From NCBI GenBank assembly GCA_037305845.1, contig CP147778.1:1536001-1600000 (forward strand): a DNA stretch of 64,000 bases, given 5' to 3'. The DNA is from Candidatus Freyarchaeum deiterrae (GTDB lineage Archaea; Asgardarchaeota; Jordiarchaeia; Jordiarchaeales; Jordiarchaeaceae). Made by a program: the position numbers and the translations under genes. Under the pieces are notes generated by a model. That model made no database searches, was not told where the DNA came from, and saw only the letters and a list, made by a program, of their open reading frames with translations. Positions 19,450 to 30,135 of the stretch are shown here, one piece after another; position 1 is the stretch's first letter, and every line of letters begins with the position of its first letter.

Positions 19450-20140
19450 ATTAAATCTCTTGCAGATCTTGGAGAATGATATAGTTCTGGATGCGGGGTG
19501 CGGCACCGGTCGGCACACCATGGAAGCCGGCAAGTGGCACGATTCCAAATTTGTAGCAGTCGATAGATTACTAAGTGAATTAAAAAGACTGAAATATGTC
19601 CTAGACCTTATGGCAGTAAAGGGTGAATTAAAGGGAAACATGGTTCTAATTGTGGGAGATGTTCTTCAGCTTCCCTTCAAAGATGAAGCTTTCACAAAAA
19701 TAATCTGCACCGAAGTTTTAGAGCACTTGTACAAAGATAGAGAGGGGATAAAGGAACTAGTAAGAGTTCTGAAAAACCATGAGGAAATGGCGGTTAGTGT
19801 TCCAACACCATACACCGAACATCTATTTGGCAGCCTTTCATACGACTACTTTAGAACACCAGGCGGCCATGTCAGAATCTTTAAGAAAAGGGAGTTATTA
19901 CAAAAACTACGAAAAGGCGGCTTGAAAATACAATACGTCTGTCACGAACACGCTTTCCATTCTATTTTCTGGATGCTAAAATGCCTATGCGACCTGAAAA
20001 ATCAAAAGGCTTTAATTCCTGCTTTCTGGGAAAAAATAATAATCTTCTCTATGCGGATTAAATTACTTAAAAAAATCGAAAACTTCTGGAATAATCTCTT
20101 CCCAAAAAGTATAGTAGTCTATACTAGAAAGGAAATTTAA
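19436..20140 (+). CDS. Class I SAM-dependent methyltransferase
   Basis: VLDAGCGTGRH, LPFKDEAF, EVLEH, GGHVRIF. Confidence 0.9.
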   Translation: MLTVKLNLLQILENDIVLDAGCGTGRHTMEAGKWHDSKFVAVDRLLSELKRLKYVLDLMAVKGELKGNMVLIVGDVLQLPFKDEAFTKIICTEVLEHLYKDREGIKELVRVLKNHEEMAVSVPTPYTEHLFGSLSYDYFRTPGGHVRIFKKRELLQKLRKGGLKIQYVCHEHAFHSIFWMLKCLCDLKNQKALIPAFWEKIIIFSMRIKLLKKIENFWNNLFPKSIVVYTRKEI

Positions 20141-20237
20141 AACAGAAAAGTTACGCTTAATTTTACATGAGAGAATTTAGATTCGGAACTAATTCTCGCA
20201 CAAATAATTATTTTTCCGAGAGGGCGATGAAACCGCA

Positions 20238-20993
20238 ATGGAATCATCTAAAAACAAAAAAATCCAAGACAAAAACTTTTGGAATATCTGGTTTAAAGTG
20301 GTGCATAAAAGTTACGTACCACACAGTCACATTTTTCAACAAATCCTCAATCAACTCAATTACAATGTAAAAGGATTAAAAATTTTAGAGATTGGTGCAG
20401 GAACAGGTAGAGACAGTTGGCTTTTAGCCAAGTATGGAGCGCAATCTTACGCACTAGACTATGCCACATCAAAAATGATCAAAAAAAAATTCTATTCAGA
20501 TAATCTACCTTTAATTTGTATTCAGGCCGATGGGGAAAATCTACCGTTCAAAGATAAATTCTTTGACTTTGTATTTTCACAGGGTTTAATTGAGCATTTC
20601 CGAGATCCAGAAAAACTGATTAAAGAACAAATCCGCGTGCTTAAAAATCAAGGGTATATTATAATTGATGCACCACAAACATATTCTCTGTATAACATAT
20701 ACAAAACCGTTTTAATCTTTTTTGACAATTGGCCCATGGTATGGGAGAGGAGTTACTCTGTTCAAGACATGAAAAAAATTGGTAGGAAATACGCCCTCAA
20801 ACTGGTAAAGCTCACGGGATGGGATATCTGGCCTTTATTCATCAGAAACTTGCACAAAACAGAAATTGGGAAAAAAAGCATTTTCCCAAAAAAGCTGAAA
20901 CAACAAATAGAAACACATTGGAGGAGATTTGAAAACACCAAACCCGCAGCGTACACAGCTATGAATATAACGGCTATATTCCAAAAAATATGA
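20238..20993 (+). CDS. Class I SAM-dependent methyltransferase
   Basis: ILEIGAGTG, LPFKDKFFDFVFSQGLIEHF. Confidence 0.88.
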   Translation: MESSKNKKIQDKNFWNIWFKVVHKSYVPHSHIFQQILNQLNYNVKGLKILEIGAGTGRDSWLLAKYGAQSYALDYATSKMIKKKFYSDNLPLICIQADGENLPFKDKFFDFVFSQGLIEHFRDPEKLIKEQIRVLKNQGYIIIDAPQTYSLYNIYKTVLIFFDNWPMVWERSYSVQDMKKIGRKYALKLVKLTGWDIWPLFIRNLHKTEIGKKSIFPKKLKQQIETHWRRFENTKPAAYTAMNITAIFQKI

Positions 20994-21064
20994 ACCTAAA
21001 ACATAAACATTACGGCATTTTAACTCGCACCCTTTGAATACCAAAAAATTAATACAAGAGAATA

Positions 21065-22462
21065 TTAGTTTGAGAATTTTTTCAAAATTTGCCCATACTG
21101 AGCCAAATGCGCTAGAGCTTTTGCGCCTCTTTCGGGAGTGGGGTATACTGGTATTCCACCTTTTTCTAGTTTAGCTAAGTCTTCATCCAGTGTATTCCTA
21201 GGTCCGTTTAGCACCACTACAATCGGCTTTTCATATTCTTTACTGAACTGGATGAGTTCCTCGCAAGGGCATCCCATCATTGGAAAGTATAATTGAAAGA
21301 AGATAAGAGCATCGATGTTTTTATCCTCAAGAGCTAGCTTAGAAGCCTTCGCCTTCATTTCAGGAAGCGAAGCAAATGCCAAGTCAACTGGATTTGTTCT
21401 AATGGTATAGGGGGGCAGAATCTCCTCGAACTTTTTGTTAGTCTCCTCAGTAAATGGAGTTACAATTAGTCCGTTCATAGCGCATACATCACATAAAACT
21501 AAACCGGCTCCGGCTTGCTGGGTGAGCACAGCAATTCTATTTCCAGCAGGAGCATGTTGAAATGCAAGCGCTTTAGCCGCGTCCAAAAGTTCAATAGGAT
21601 CGTCAACAGGGATAACTCCTGCTTGTTTAAACATAGCATTGTAAAGTTTATAATCCCCCGCCAGCGAACCAGTGTGGGAATAGGCGGCTTTATTTATATC
21701 CGTTTTTCCCACTTTGTAGGCGACTATAGGTTTCTCTTTCACCACTTTCTTGGCGACTTCCATAAAAGATCTTGTATTGTTTAGTCCTTCTATATGTATA
21801 GCTATCACATCAGTCTCATCGTCATATAATAAGTATTCCAAAATTTCTGGGAAATCAACGTTAACTCGATTACCCAGACTCGCAATTTTGCTTATGCCGA
21901 TGTTCTCATCCAAAGCCATATTGCATAATATTGAGGAAATCCCACCACTCTGACAGAAAACGGCTATATTACCCTTCTTCAAATTGCCGAAGAAGGGATT
22001 AAACGAGGCATTTAAGCCTCTGTGTATATTTGCAAAACCAATTGTGTTCGGACCGATTATCTTTATTCCTGCCTCGTTTGCAACTGACGCCATCTCTTCC
22101 TGTAGTTTTTCACCTTCAGCACCAATTTCTTTGAAAAGTGCAGTGATTATTGAAGCAGCTTTTACTCCCTTCTGAGCGCATTCTCTCAAAACATCAAGTA
22201 TCATCCCAGCCGGAACAACTATAATTGCTAAATCAATATCCTCTGGAACGTCGCTGATTGAAGGGTACACCTTTCTTCCTTCTAATTCCTTGAAACGGGG
22301 ATTGACTAGAAACACTTTGCCATTGTAGTTTAACATAGAATACATGGCGTAAAATCCGAGTTTTGTAAAGTCAGAAGTTGCACCAATCACAGCCACGGAA
22401 TCAGCATAAAAAAGCTTCCTGAATTCTTCAACGATTCTATTTTTCATGCTATCATCTTCCAT
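21065..22462 (-). CDS. ADP-forming acyl-CoA synthetase alpha subunit
   Basis: SVAVIGAT, IIGPNTIG, QSGG, LGNRVNV, SHTGSLAG, NPVDL. Confidence 0.92.
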   Translation of the reverse strand: MEDDSMKNRIVEEFRKLFYADSVAVIGATSDFTKLGFYAMYSMLNYNGKVFLVNPRFKELEGRKVYPSISDVPEDIDLAIIVVPAGMILDVLRECAQKGVKAASIITALFKEIGAEGEKLQEEMASVANEAGIKIIGPNTIGFANIHRGLNASFNPFFGNLKKGNIAVFCQSGGISSILCNMALDENIGISKIASLGNRVNVDFPEILEYLLYDDETDVIAIHIEGLNNTRSFMEVAKKVVKEKPIVAYKVGKTDINKAAYSHTGSLAGDYKLYNAMFKQAGVIPVDDPIELLDAAKALAFQHAPAGNRIAVLTQQAGAGLVLCDVCAMNGLIVTPFTEETNKKFEEILPPYTIRTNPVDLAFASLPEMKAKASKLALEDKNIDALIFFQLYFPMMGCPCEELIQFSKEYEKPIVVVLNGPRNTLDEDLAKLEKGGIPVYPTPERGAKALAHLAQYGQILKKFSN

Positions 22463-22911
22463 TTTAAAACCAATAATTATTAATTTCAGTGTATTGCGCC
22501 ATCTCGTAGAAATTAATTGATATTTATATCCTTTAGACGAGCTACTTTATAATTAAGAATACTAGCGATTAGTACTTGGTTAACAATTTACACTCAAATC
22601 AAAGACTTATTCTAACTTTTTTATCTTTCTCAACGATTTATTTTTTTAAATCTCAAGAGGGATAATATGCAAATCGCTGGGTTCCATAAAAGCTTAGAAA
22701 TATATTTATAGCAATTTTAAAATTAAAAGAAAAATTTACCAAAAGGAAACACAAAATTAATTTGTGCTAAATATCAGGTCGACTATTTTGTTGTTGAGAA
22801 CCCTAAGAAAATAGCGTAACACAAAGTAATAATTGAAAGTCAATGTTCAAATTTCATCGTGGGTGAAGAGAAGAGTGGAAGCAGCATTAAAACGTAAGTT
22901 TATCAAATTTG

Positions 22912-23358
22912 TTATTTTTCCCAATAGCTTTCTTTTTCTTTTGAAATCCACTCAAATCCATAGGTTTTTAATGCCTCATTTACTGCGCCCCAAACTTCTT
23001 TCCCTAAATATGTTTTTGGTTTAATTATAATTTTATCACCTGTTAATTCAAAATTCAGCATAAGCTGGTACTCGCTAAGCTCCTCCTTTACCGCTTCCAA
23101 GATCAAGTCCCTTTTCTCGCCGGAATCGATGATCTTCTTTATTCTCTCTTCTTGAACGCGTTTAACATAGTCGTCCCACATATATACGGGGGGAGAAGAA
23201 GTTAGCAGAGCCGCTATTAGTTGCGCCTCATCTTTTATTCCAGGTTTGGGTTCCTTGAAAACTTCACGTATAGCCTTCCGAGCTATTTTGATAAGACTTA
23301 CATATCTTTGCGCAGCAAAGTTAACAAACCCCTTATCTTCATAATCCATTTGCATCAC
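22912..23358 (-). CDS. Hypothetical protein
   Basis: 148-aa ORF with GGAGAGG(TG) RBS. Confidence 0.65.
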   Translation of the reverse strand: MMQMDYEDKGFVNFAAQRYVSLIKIARKAIREVFKEPKPGIKDEAQLIAALLTSSPPVYMWDDYVKRVQEERIKKIIDSGEKRDLILEAVKEELSEYQLMLNFELTGDKIIIKPKTYLGKEVWGAVNEALKTYGFEWISKEKESYWEK

Positions 23359-23687
23359 CTCTCCTTTTTGGAAAATTTTACCCCATATTAATTTATCACT
23401 ATAATTTATTACTTTTTTTACTCTTATTCTTCAAACCCGATTCATCAATTATTTACCAAATTTTTCATAGTAATGCGATAACAGTTTATTAACATTGAAC
23501 AAAAAGAAAGAGATATAACTCGTCTGTGAAAACCAGAAAAGAAAAATAGAAGGGTATATCCTCTGCATCAAAGGCGCGAATGCGCTGCTTTATCCTCCCC
23601 TGGGCATCTCAACTAGTTATATTCTTTCAATGGCTGTTAGTTACCTAGGCTCAGTATTCGTGTAAGTCTGCCGGTTTGACAGCCCTA

Positions 23688-23870
23688 TTAACTCATGGCA
23701 AGGTCTTCTGCTTTTACGGTCTTCCGACCATTTTTCTGAGCGTTCGCAATGCCAGTATCTATAATTTTTTCCACATATTTGTTAATAACATCGAAAGCGT
23801 CGGAAGCGCAAAGCATTCCTTTTTTGTTTACTTCTTCTTTTACAGCTTTTTTCACAACGAAATCCGCCAT
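23688..23870 (-). CDS. Histone-fold protein
   Basis: 60 aa; C-terminal A.KNGRKTVKAEDL histone-fold signature; GGTGA RBS. Confidence 0.85.
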   Translation of the reverse strand: MADFVVKKAVKEEVNKKGMLCASDAFDVINKYVEKIIDTGIANAQKNGRKTVKAEDLAMS

Positions 23871-24249
23871 ACTCTCACCACACAATTGAGTGCTTTTTTA
23901 TATTATTAAAAATTTTTTAAATTTGCGACACTTACCCATATATGAATAGACGTATAGTATAAATATTTTACGCTATTAATTCTATATCAAAAATTATGCT
24001 AGTAATATAAAGGAAGGTAATATTTTACAAAATTACTCATCTCAAAAAATATATTCATTCAGCTTAGTGTATTCCTAGGCTATTTCATATCTGGCCCTAT
24101 ACTGAAAGCTTTCTTCCTAATTAATAAATTTTAATATTTTTTATAATTATTAATTATTATTTAATTTTATTCTGGACTATCAAAAAAGTAATCTCTAAAG
24201 GAAATGGAGATATTCTTTAGAATAGAATTTTCCCCCGGTTGGAGACGTC

Positions 24250-25125
24250 ATGTTTCATATAAAGCGAATTGAAAACCCGGAACAATTCGAAAAATGTAGT
24301 GAGCTTGAGAGACTTGTCTGGGGTACTGAGGAATCGACCCCAACACCTTTGCTTATTGCGCTTCAACATAATGGAGGGTTGCTACTTGGTGCATTTGACA
24401 ATGAAAACTTAGTAGGGTTTTGTCTCGGATTCACGGGGCGTAAAGGTAAACAGTTGTACTTTTACTCTCATCAAACAGGGGTTTTGCCTGAACTTCAAAA
24501 TGCGGGTATTGGCTATCAGTTGAAGATGAAGCAAAGAGAGTGTGTAATAAGAATGGGTTTAAAGCTGATGGAGTGGACTTTTGATCCTTTGCGGGGGTTG
24601 AATGGGAACTTTAACTTTAGAAAGTTGGGTGTAATCTGCCGAACCTATATCCCCAACTATTATGGTATTATGAGAGACGAATTAAACGCAGGGATGCCAA
24701 GCGACAGATTCATGGTGGAATGGTGGCTAAAATCTAAGAGGGTTGTAGACAGAGAGCGTGGCAAGACCCCGGCTCCCCATTTTAAACAATTTTTATCAAA
24801 AGGAACAGAATTCGCAAATGAAACCGAAATGTTGGAAAAAGGAATTAGAAGGTTCACAAAAACCAATTTTAATTTAAATTCAAGTTTTATACTTCTCGAA
24901 ATCCCGGAAAACATTAGAAAGATCAAAGAGACCAATATGAATTTGGCTATAGAATGGTGCGAAAAAATCAGACCCACATTTTTAAATTATTTCAGTAAAG
25001 GATACGCGGTCAGTGACTTCATTTCAGAAAAGATTGAAGGCGAGAGGCGTAACTTCTATTTGCTTTCGAAGTACCATTTATTGGAAGATGAGCTAAAAGA
25101 AATTAAAGTATCTTTTAACAGGTAA
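24250..25125 (+). CDS. GNAT acyltransferase (putative D-amino acid N-succinyltransferase)
   Basis: YSHQTGV, GIGYQLK, WTFDPL, NYYG, SDRF; paired with the OSBS/NAAAR gene. Confidence 0.85.
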   Translation: MFHIKRIENPEQFEKCSELERLVWGTEESTPTPLLIALQHNGGLLLGAFDNENLVGFCLGFTGRKGKQLYFYSHQTGVLPELQNAGIGYQLKMKQRECVIRMGLKLMEWTFDPLRGLNGNFNFRKLGVICRTYIPNYYGIMRDELNAGMPSDRFMVEWWLKSKRVVDRERGKTPAPHFKQFLSKGTEFANETEMLEKGIRRFTKTNFNLNSSFILLEIPENIRKIKETNMNLAIEWCEKIRPTFLNYFSKGYAVSDFISEKIEGERRNFYLLSKYHLLEDELKEIKVSFNR

Positions 25126-25131
25126 GGATTA

Positions 25132-26238
25132 ATGTTTATAGACAAGGTTGAACTCAGAGAAATACAAATGGAGTATGTCTCCCCTTTCGAAACAAGTCTA
25201 GGAAGGGAATACCACAAAAGGGCGATAATTGTTAGAATTGAGGCGCAAGGGTCTGAGGGATTCGGGGAGTGCGTAGCGGAAAAGAGTCCTTGGTACTCGT
25301 ATGAAACTATTGAAACTGCCTGGCATGTTTTATCCCAGTTTATGATTCCAATAATCCTAAAAAAGGATGTGGTGGGCCCTGAAGCTTTCTTGTCTATGTT
25401 GCGCCGGATCCGGGGGCATAACATGGCGCTTGCGGCAATCGAAGAAGCGTTTATTGATGCTTATGCAAAGGTTGGAAAAACTTCTCTCTCAAAATTACTA
25501 GGCGGAGTGAGAAACAGAATTGAGAGCGGAGTAAGTATAGGAATACAGGATAACGTTGAAAAATTATTAAAAACCATTGGAAACTACTTGGAACAGCGCT
25601 ATCGTAGGATAAAAATAAAAATAAAGCCGCAATGGGACCTCGAGATAGTTGGAAAAGTGAGAGAAGTCTATCCTAACATAAGTCTAATGGTGGATGCTAA
25701 CGGTGCTTACACAATCAAGGATACGAAGCATCTCAAAGAACTTGACAAGTATAATCTTTTAATGATAGAACAACCCCTAGATTATGACGACTTAATCGAC
25801 CACGCCGAACTCCAGAGCAAAATGGAAACCCCCATATGCCTCGATGAAAGCATCCCCAATCTGAACAGTGCTCAAGCTGCACTCAAACTAGGTAGTTGCA
25901 GAATAATCAACATAAAAGTGGGAAGGATTGGAGGATTGCAAAAAGCAAAGAGAATTCACGATTACTGCCAAGAAAGAGGTGTACCCGTGTGGTGTGGTGG
26001 AATGTTGGAGACGGGTATAGGACGAGCAATTAACGTAGCAATAGCAAGTTTACCCAATTATAAGTTACCCAATGATATATCAGCCAGCAATCGTTACTAC
26101 TCCGAAGACTTAGTTGAACCGCCGTTTCAGCTTAACCATGATGGAACCATAACAGTCCCCCAAAAACCAGGGATAGGAGTAGAAGTAGTAAAAGAACGCT
26201 TAGAAAAAGTAACTAAAAAAATGAGAATCTTCAACTAG
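25132..26238 (+). CDS. menC: o-succinylbenzoate synthase / N-acylamino acid racemase (enolase superfamily)
   Basis: PFETSLG, KIKIKP, VDAN, IEQP, LDES, WCGGMLETGIGRA, DISAS. Confidence 0.9.
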   Translation: MFIDKVELREIQMEYVSPFETSLGREYHKRAIIVRIEAQGSEGFGECVAEKSPWYSYETIETAWHVLSQFMIPIILKKDVVGPEAFLSMLRRIRGHNMALAAIEEAFIDAYAKVGKTSLSKLLGGVRNRIESGVSIGIQDNVEKLLKTIGNYLEQRYRRIKIKIKPQWDLEIVGKVREVYPNISLMVDANGAYTIKDTKHLKELDKYNLLMIEQPLDYDDLIDHAELQSKMETPICLDESIPNLNSAQAALKLGSCRIINIKVGRIGGLQKAKRIHDYCQERGVPVWCGGMLETGIGRAINVAIASLPNYKLPNDISASNRYYSEDLVEPPFQLNHDGTITVPQKPGIGVEVVKERLEKVTKKMRIFN

Positions 26239-26435
26239 AATTCTTAAATCCTATTTTCAAAGTTTTGGATCATTCTCAAGCTAAACTTTGATACTGGAGG
26301 CGTCTGGAGAAATTTTTGGCAAAATTTTATTCACAATATAACGCATACCTGACTCCATATTAATAGTATTTTAATAAATATTTAGTTAGTACACAACTTG
26401 AAAAAGCCTATGTAAGAAAAAGAGTCCTGGTTACT

Positions 26436-27224
26436 TTAATTTTTAGTTTTGACAAAGTCCTTAACTTTTGCAGGGTCTACTGGGTTTTCCGTGATTTCGT
26501 TTTTTTTAAGCGCCGTGCCCACGATTATCCCATCGCATAGGGTAAGGTACTTTTGAAGATTATTTTTATTAACACCGCTTCCAGCTAAAACTTTTGATTC
26601 GGGAATTTTTTCTTTGATTTTTTTGATTTTATTTATATCCGCTTCCATGCCGGTGCTTTCTCCCGTTACTATTAACGCGTCTGCCAAGGAACGGTTTAGA
26701 AGCTCGTAAGCCTCTAGTTCTACTGGTCGTTCCTCTAACCTTATAGCGTGTTTAACATGAACATCAGCGAATAGTTTAACATCTCCCGCCCCCAGGGCTT
26801 TTCTGAAACGTAGCACCTTACAAGCCTCGGATTCAACTAAGCCCTGATCAGTTATCACTATACCGCTGAGTACGTTTACTCTCACAAATTTCCCACCTAC
26901 CACGTAAGCGATTGAAAGTGCTGCAAAGGTATCGTTCCGCAAAACGTTAATTCCTAAGGGTAAATCGATTTTCTCAATCAATCTTGTGGCGATATAAGTC
27001 ATTGATGCCACTGTTTCAATGCCTACCCTGTTAGGATAGAAGGGAGCATCACCATAGTTTTCAATGATTAATCCATTCATTCCTCCCGTTGAATAAGCCT
27101 CTGCATCCTTCAGCGCTCTTTCATAAATCTCCTTAAGAGAAAGCTCATGTCGCGGAGAACCCGGAAGAGGCGGAAGATGGATCACACCGATTAGAGGTTT
27201 ATCACACTTGAAAACATCCCACAT
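26436..27224 (-). CDS. BtpA/SgcQ family TIM-barrel protein
   Basis: IGVIHLPPLPGSP, IENYGDAPF, GINVLRND, DVHVKHA, ADALIVTG.STG. Confidence 0.92.
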   Translation of the reverse strand: MWDVFKCDKPLIGVIHLPPLPGSPRHELSLKEIYERALKDAEAYSTGGMNGLIIENYGDAPFYPNRVGIETVASMTYIATRLIEKIDLPLGINVLRNDTFAALSIAYVVGGKFVRVNVLSGIVITDQGLVESEACKVLRFRKALGAGDVKLFADVHVKHAIRLEERPVELEAYELLNRSLADALIVTGESTGMEADINKIKKIKEKIPESKVLAGSGVNKNNLQKYLTLCDGIIVGTALKKNEITENPVDPAKVKDFVKTKN

Positions 27225-27402
27225 AAAACGACCTCAAATGATTTTATTATTTAACCTGTTTTAGATTTTAGTTTAAAAATATAATTATTTAAGTTACCTT
27301 AATAAAGAGTTGAAGCCTCTAAAATTATTTGTATCTTTTAAAGTTACGCCCCGAGAACAGATTGGATAAAAATGGAATTAAAAGAAATTTGAGGTGTGGA
27401 TT

Positions 27403-27858
27403 ATGTCTATTAAACTTGAGGACATTATGGTTAAGGATGTTTTAACTATTGATGTTTCTGAAAGCGTATTAAACGCAACCAAAAAAATGAATGATAGAAA
27501 GGTTGGCAGTATAATTGCAGTTGACAAAGAAAAACCGCTAGGAATTATAACTGAAAGAGACGTACTAAGCAAAATTGTTGTAGAAAGAAGGGATGCGGAA
27601 AAGACCAAGGTTAAAGAAGTGATGTCCAGTCCTCTCATTTCCGGCAAGCCTGAAATGAAACTTGAAGACGTTATCAAAATCATGGTTTTGAAAAGAATTA
27701 AAAAATTACCGATTCTAAAAAATGGAAAACTAGTTGGTATAATAACTCTTTTTGACATTGTTAGATGGAGTCCTATTGCATCTAATCTTCTCAGAGAAGC
27801 CTGCGAAACACAAGAAGTGCCCGAAAACATTAAGAAATATCTTATATCCGTTGAATGA
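27403..27858 (+). CDS. CBS-domain pair protein
   Basis: GIITERD, VKEVMSSP, LVGIIT. Confidence 0.9.
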   Translation: MSIKLEDIMVKDVLTIDVSESVLNATKKMNDRKVGSIIAVDKEKPLGIITERDVLSKIVVERRDAEKTKVKEVMSSPLISGKPEMKLEDVIKIMVLKRIKKLPILKNGKLVGIITLFDIVRWSPIASNLLREACETQEVPENIKKYLISVE

Positions 27859-27943
27859 AAAAAGAGTTCCCAAAAGGTTAAATTAACATAGAAAACACGG
27901 CAATTTTGAGAGAGAACTAAAAAGGATATAAGTAATGTTCGGT

Positions 27944-28357
27944 TCAGCTTTCCTCGCTTTTTTCTTGTGATTTTTCTTCCTCACCCTCAAACATTTCGGC
28001 TTCCTTAGATTTAAACCCGAACCATTTCTGAGCCTTCCCTTCAAACAAATCGTTTATGGCGCTCTCTATCTCTTTGCAGAGACCAGGCGATGAGACGGTA
28101 CAAGGACTACCGTCATACTGTTTACTTAAAGGGCAATTAAAGCAACTAACCGGTACATCTTTAACCAATCTCTCCTTCTCTCTGGCAATGTCTAGTAACT
28201 CATTCGGAAAAACAGACAGTGACGCCGCCGCATCAGTTTCACCACGAGTTTCACGTTTTTTAATCTCTTCCTTCATCTTTGGAACAGCCTTACGTGTTTC
28301 ACGCAGGAATTTCTTAGTGTCCTCCTCTTCTTTTTTCTTGTCAGGCATATTCCGCAC
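27944..28357 (-). CDS. Hypothetical protein with Cys cluster (CFNC..C..C)
   Basis: 137-aa ORF, charged termini. Confidence 0.6.
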   Translation of the reverse strand: MRNMPDKKKEEEDTKKFLRETRKAVPKMKEEIKKRETRGETDAAASLSVFPNELLDIAREKERLVKDVPVSCFNCPLSKQYDGSPCTVSSPGLCKEIESAINDLFEGKAQKWFGFKSKEAEMFEGEEEKSQEKSEES

Positions 28358-28568
28358 CCGCTGAAATCATGATAAAAGATGTAAAAATAAGGCAGATAAT
28401 CATAAAAATAGGGCATTTCAATTCCTTTAAATCTATTCCTTAATGCAAATATAGGAGAAAAAAGGCAACTTTAATTTTTCAGGAATACAATAATTTTAAA
28501 CCAAAAAAACAAGACAAAAGACTTAACTTTTTTAAACAAAATAAAAGGAGCAAAAAAAGGAAAAGAAA

Positions 28569-29969
28569 TCACTGAGCGGCGAACGAGTACTTCTTATTCT
28601 GACGAGCCCAATTCACAGTTTCGGGGTCAACACGCTTAAGCTCACCCTCAGGGAACATACTCAACAAGTCCCAAGCCAGGTCAAGAGTCTGCTCAATGCT
28701 ACGCTCCTCATACTCACCCTGATTAATGAATTGCTTCTCAAAGCGGTCGGCAAAATCCAAAAACGTCCTATCACGAGGCAACAAAGCCTCCTCACCAACC
28801 ACAGCCACCAGAGCACGAAGGTCACACCCCTCACTATAGCCGTAGTACAACTGGTCACTAACCTCACGATGGTCAAAACGAGTGTGCTCCTTACCAATAC
28901 CCTCCTTCATCAACCGGCTGAGGGAAGGCCTAGGATCAATAGGGGGGTAGATTCCTCTCCTGTGCATAGCCTGATCAACAATGAGCTGACCCTCAGTAAT
29001 ATAGCCAGTCAAATCTGGAATGGGATGAGTGAGGTCGTAGTTGGGCATGGAGAGTACGGGCATTTGTGTGATTGTCCCTTTTCTTCCTTGTATTCTTCCT
29101 GCTCTTTCATATATTGATGCTAGGTCGGTGTATAGGTATCCGGGGTATCCTCTTCTTCCGGGTACTTCTTCTCGGGCGGCGGATATTTCTCGGAGTGCTT
29201 CTGCGTAGTTTGTCATGTCTGTGAGTATTACTAGCAGGTGTAGGTCTAGTTCGTATGCTAGGTATTCTGCGGCTGTTAGTGCGCATCGGGGGGTGATTAT
29301 TCGCTCGATTGCGGGGTCGTCTGCTAAGTTTAGGAACATTACTACGTTTTCTAGGGCGCCTGTTTTTTCGAAGTCTTGCCTGAAGTATCGGGCTTCTTCT
29401 GCAGTTATTCCCATGGCGGTGAATACCACTGCGAATTCTTCTTCTTTTCCCAGGACCTTTGCTTGTCTTGCTATTTGTGCCGCTATTCTGTTGTGGGGGA
29501 GTCCTGCTCCGGAGAATAGTGGTAGTTTTTGTCCTCTTACTAGGGAGTTCATTCCGTCTATTGAGCTGATTCCTGTTTGTATGAATTCTCGGGGGTATGC
29601 TCGGGCGTAGGGGTTGATTGGGGCGCCGTTTATGTCGAGTTCTGTTTCGCCTATTATGGGAGGCCCGCCGTCTATTGGTCGTGCTGAGCCGTCGAATACT
29701 CTTCCTAGGATATTTGTTGATAGGGATATTTTGAGGGGTTCTCCGGTGAATCTAACTGATGTTAGATCAGCATCGAGGCCGCGAGTGCCCTCAAATACTT
29801 GTATTATGGCTTTTCCACGTCCTACTTCTAATACGGTTCCTCTTCGTTTTTCTCCACTGGGGGTTTCAATGTTTACTACTTCGTTGTATGAGACGCCTTC
29901 TACTCCTTCTACTATTATCAGGGGGCCAGCCACTTCTGTGACTGTACGATAGATTCTTTGGGTGTACAT
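28569..29969 (-). CDS. atpB: A/V-type ATP synthase subunit B (stand-alone)
   Basis: [56 protein letters not shown]. Confidence 0.97.
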   Translation of the reverse strand: MYTQRIYRTVTEVAGPLIIVEGVEGVSYNEVVNIETPSGEKRRGTVLEVGRGKAIIQVFEGTRGLDADLTSVRFTGEPLKISLSTNILGRVFDGSARPIDGGPPIIGETELDINGAPINPYARAYPREFIQTGISSIDGMNSLVRGQKLPLFSGAGLPHNRIAAQIARQAKVLGKEEEFAVVFTAMGITAEEARYFRQDFEKTGALENVVMFLNLADDPAIERIITPRCALTAAEYLAYELDLHLLVILTDMTNYAEALREISAAREEVPGRRGYPGYLYTDLASIYERAGRIQGRKGTITQMPVLSMPNYDLTHPIPDLTGYITEGQLIVDQAMHRRGIYPPIDPRPSLSRLMKEGIGKEHTRFDHREVSDQLYYGYSEGCDLRALVAVVGEEALLPRDRTFLDFADRFEKQFINQGEYEERSIEQTLDLAWDLLSMFPEGELKRVDPETVNWARQNKKYSFAAQ

Positions 29970-30135
29970 TTTCAACCTTCCATTTTTTGATTTTTTAACT
30001 TTTTTGGGGGTTTTAAGCATTAAGTGATTTTATGTGTTAATAATTTAGTTTTTGCGGGTTTGAGGGGGGTGGTGTTTCGTTTGGGTATTAGTTATTTTGG
30101 GTTTTAAAGCTTTGTGTTTTTATTTTTGTTGAGTG

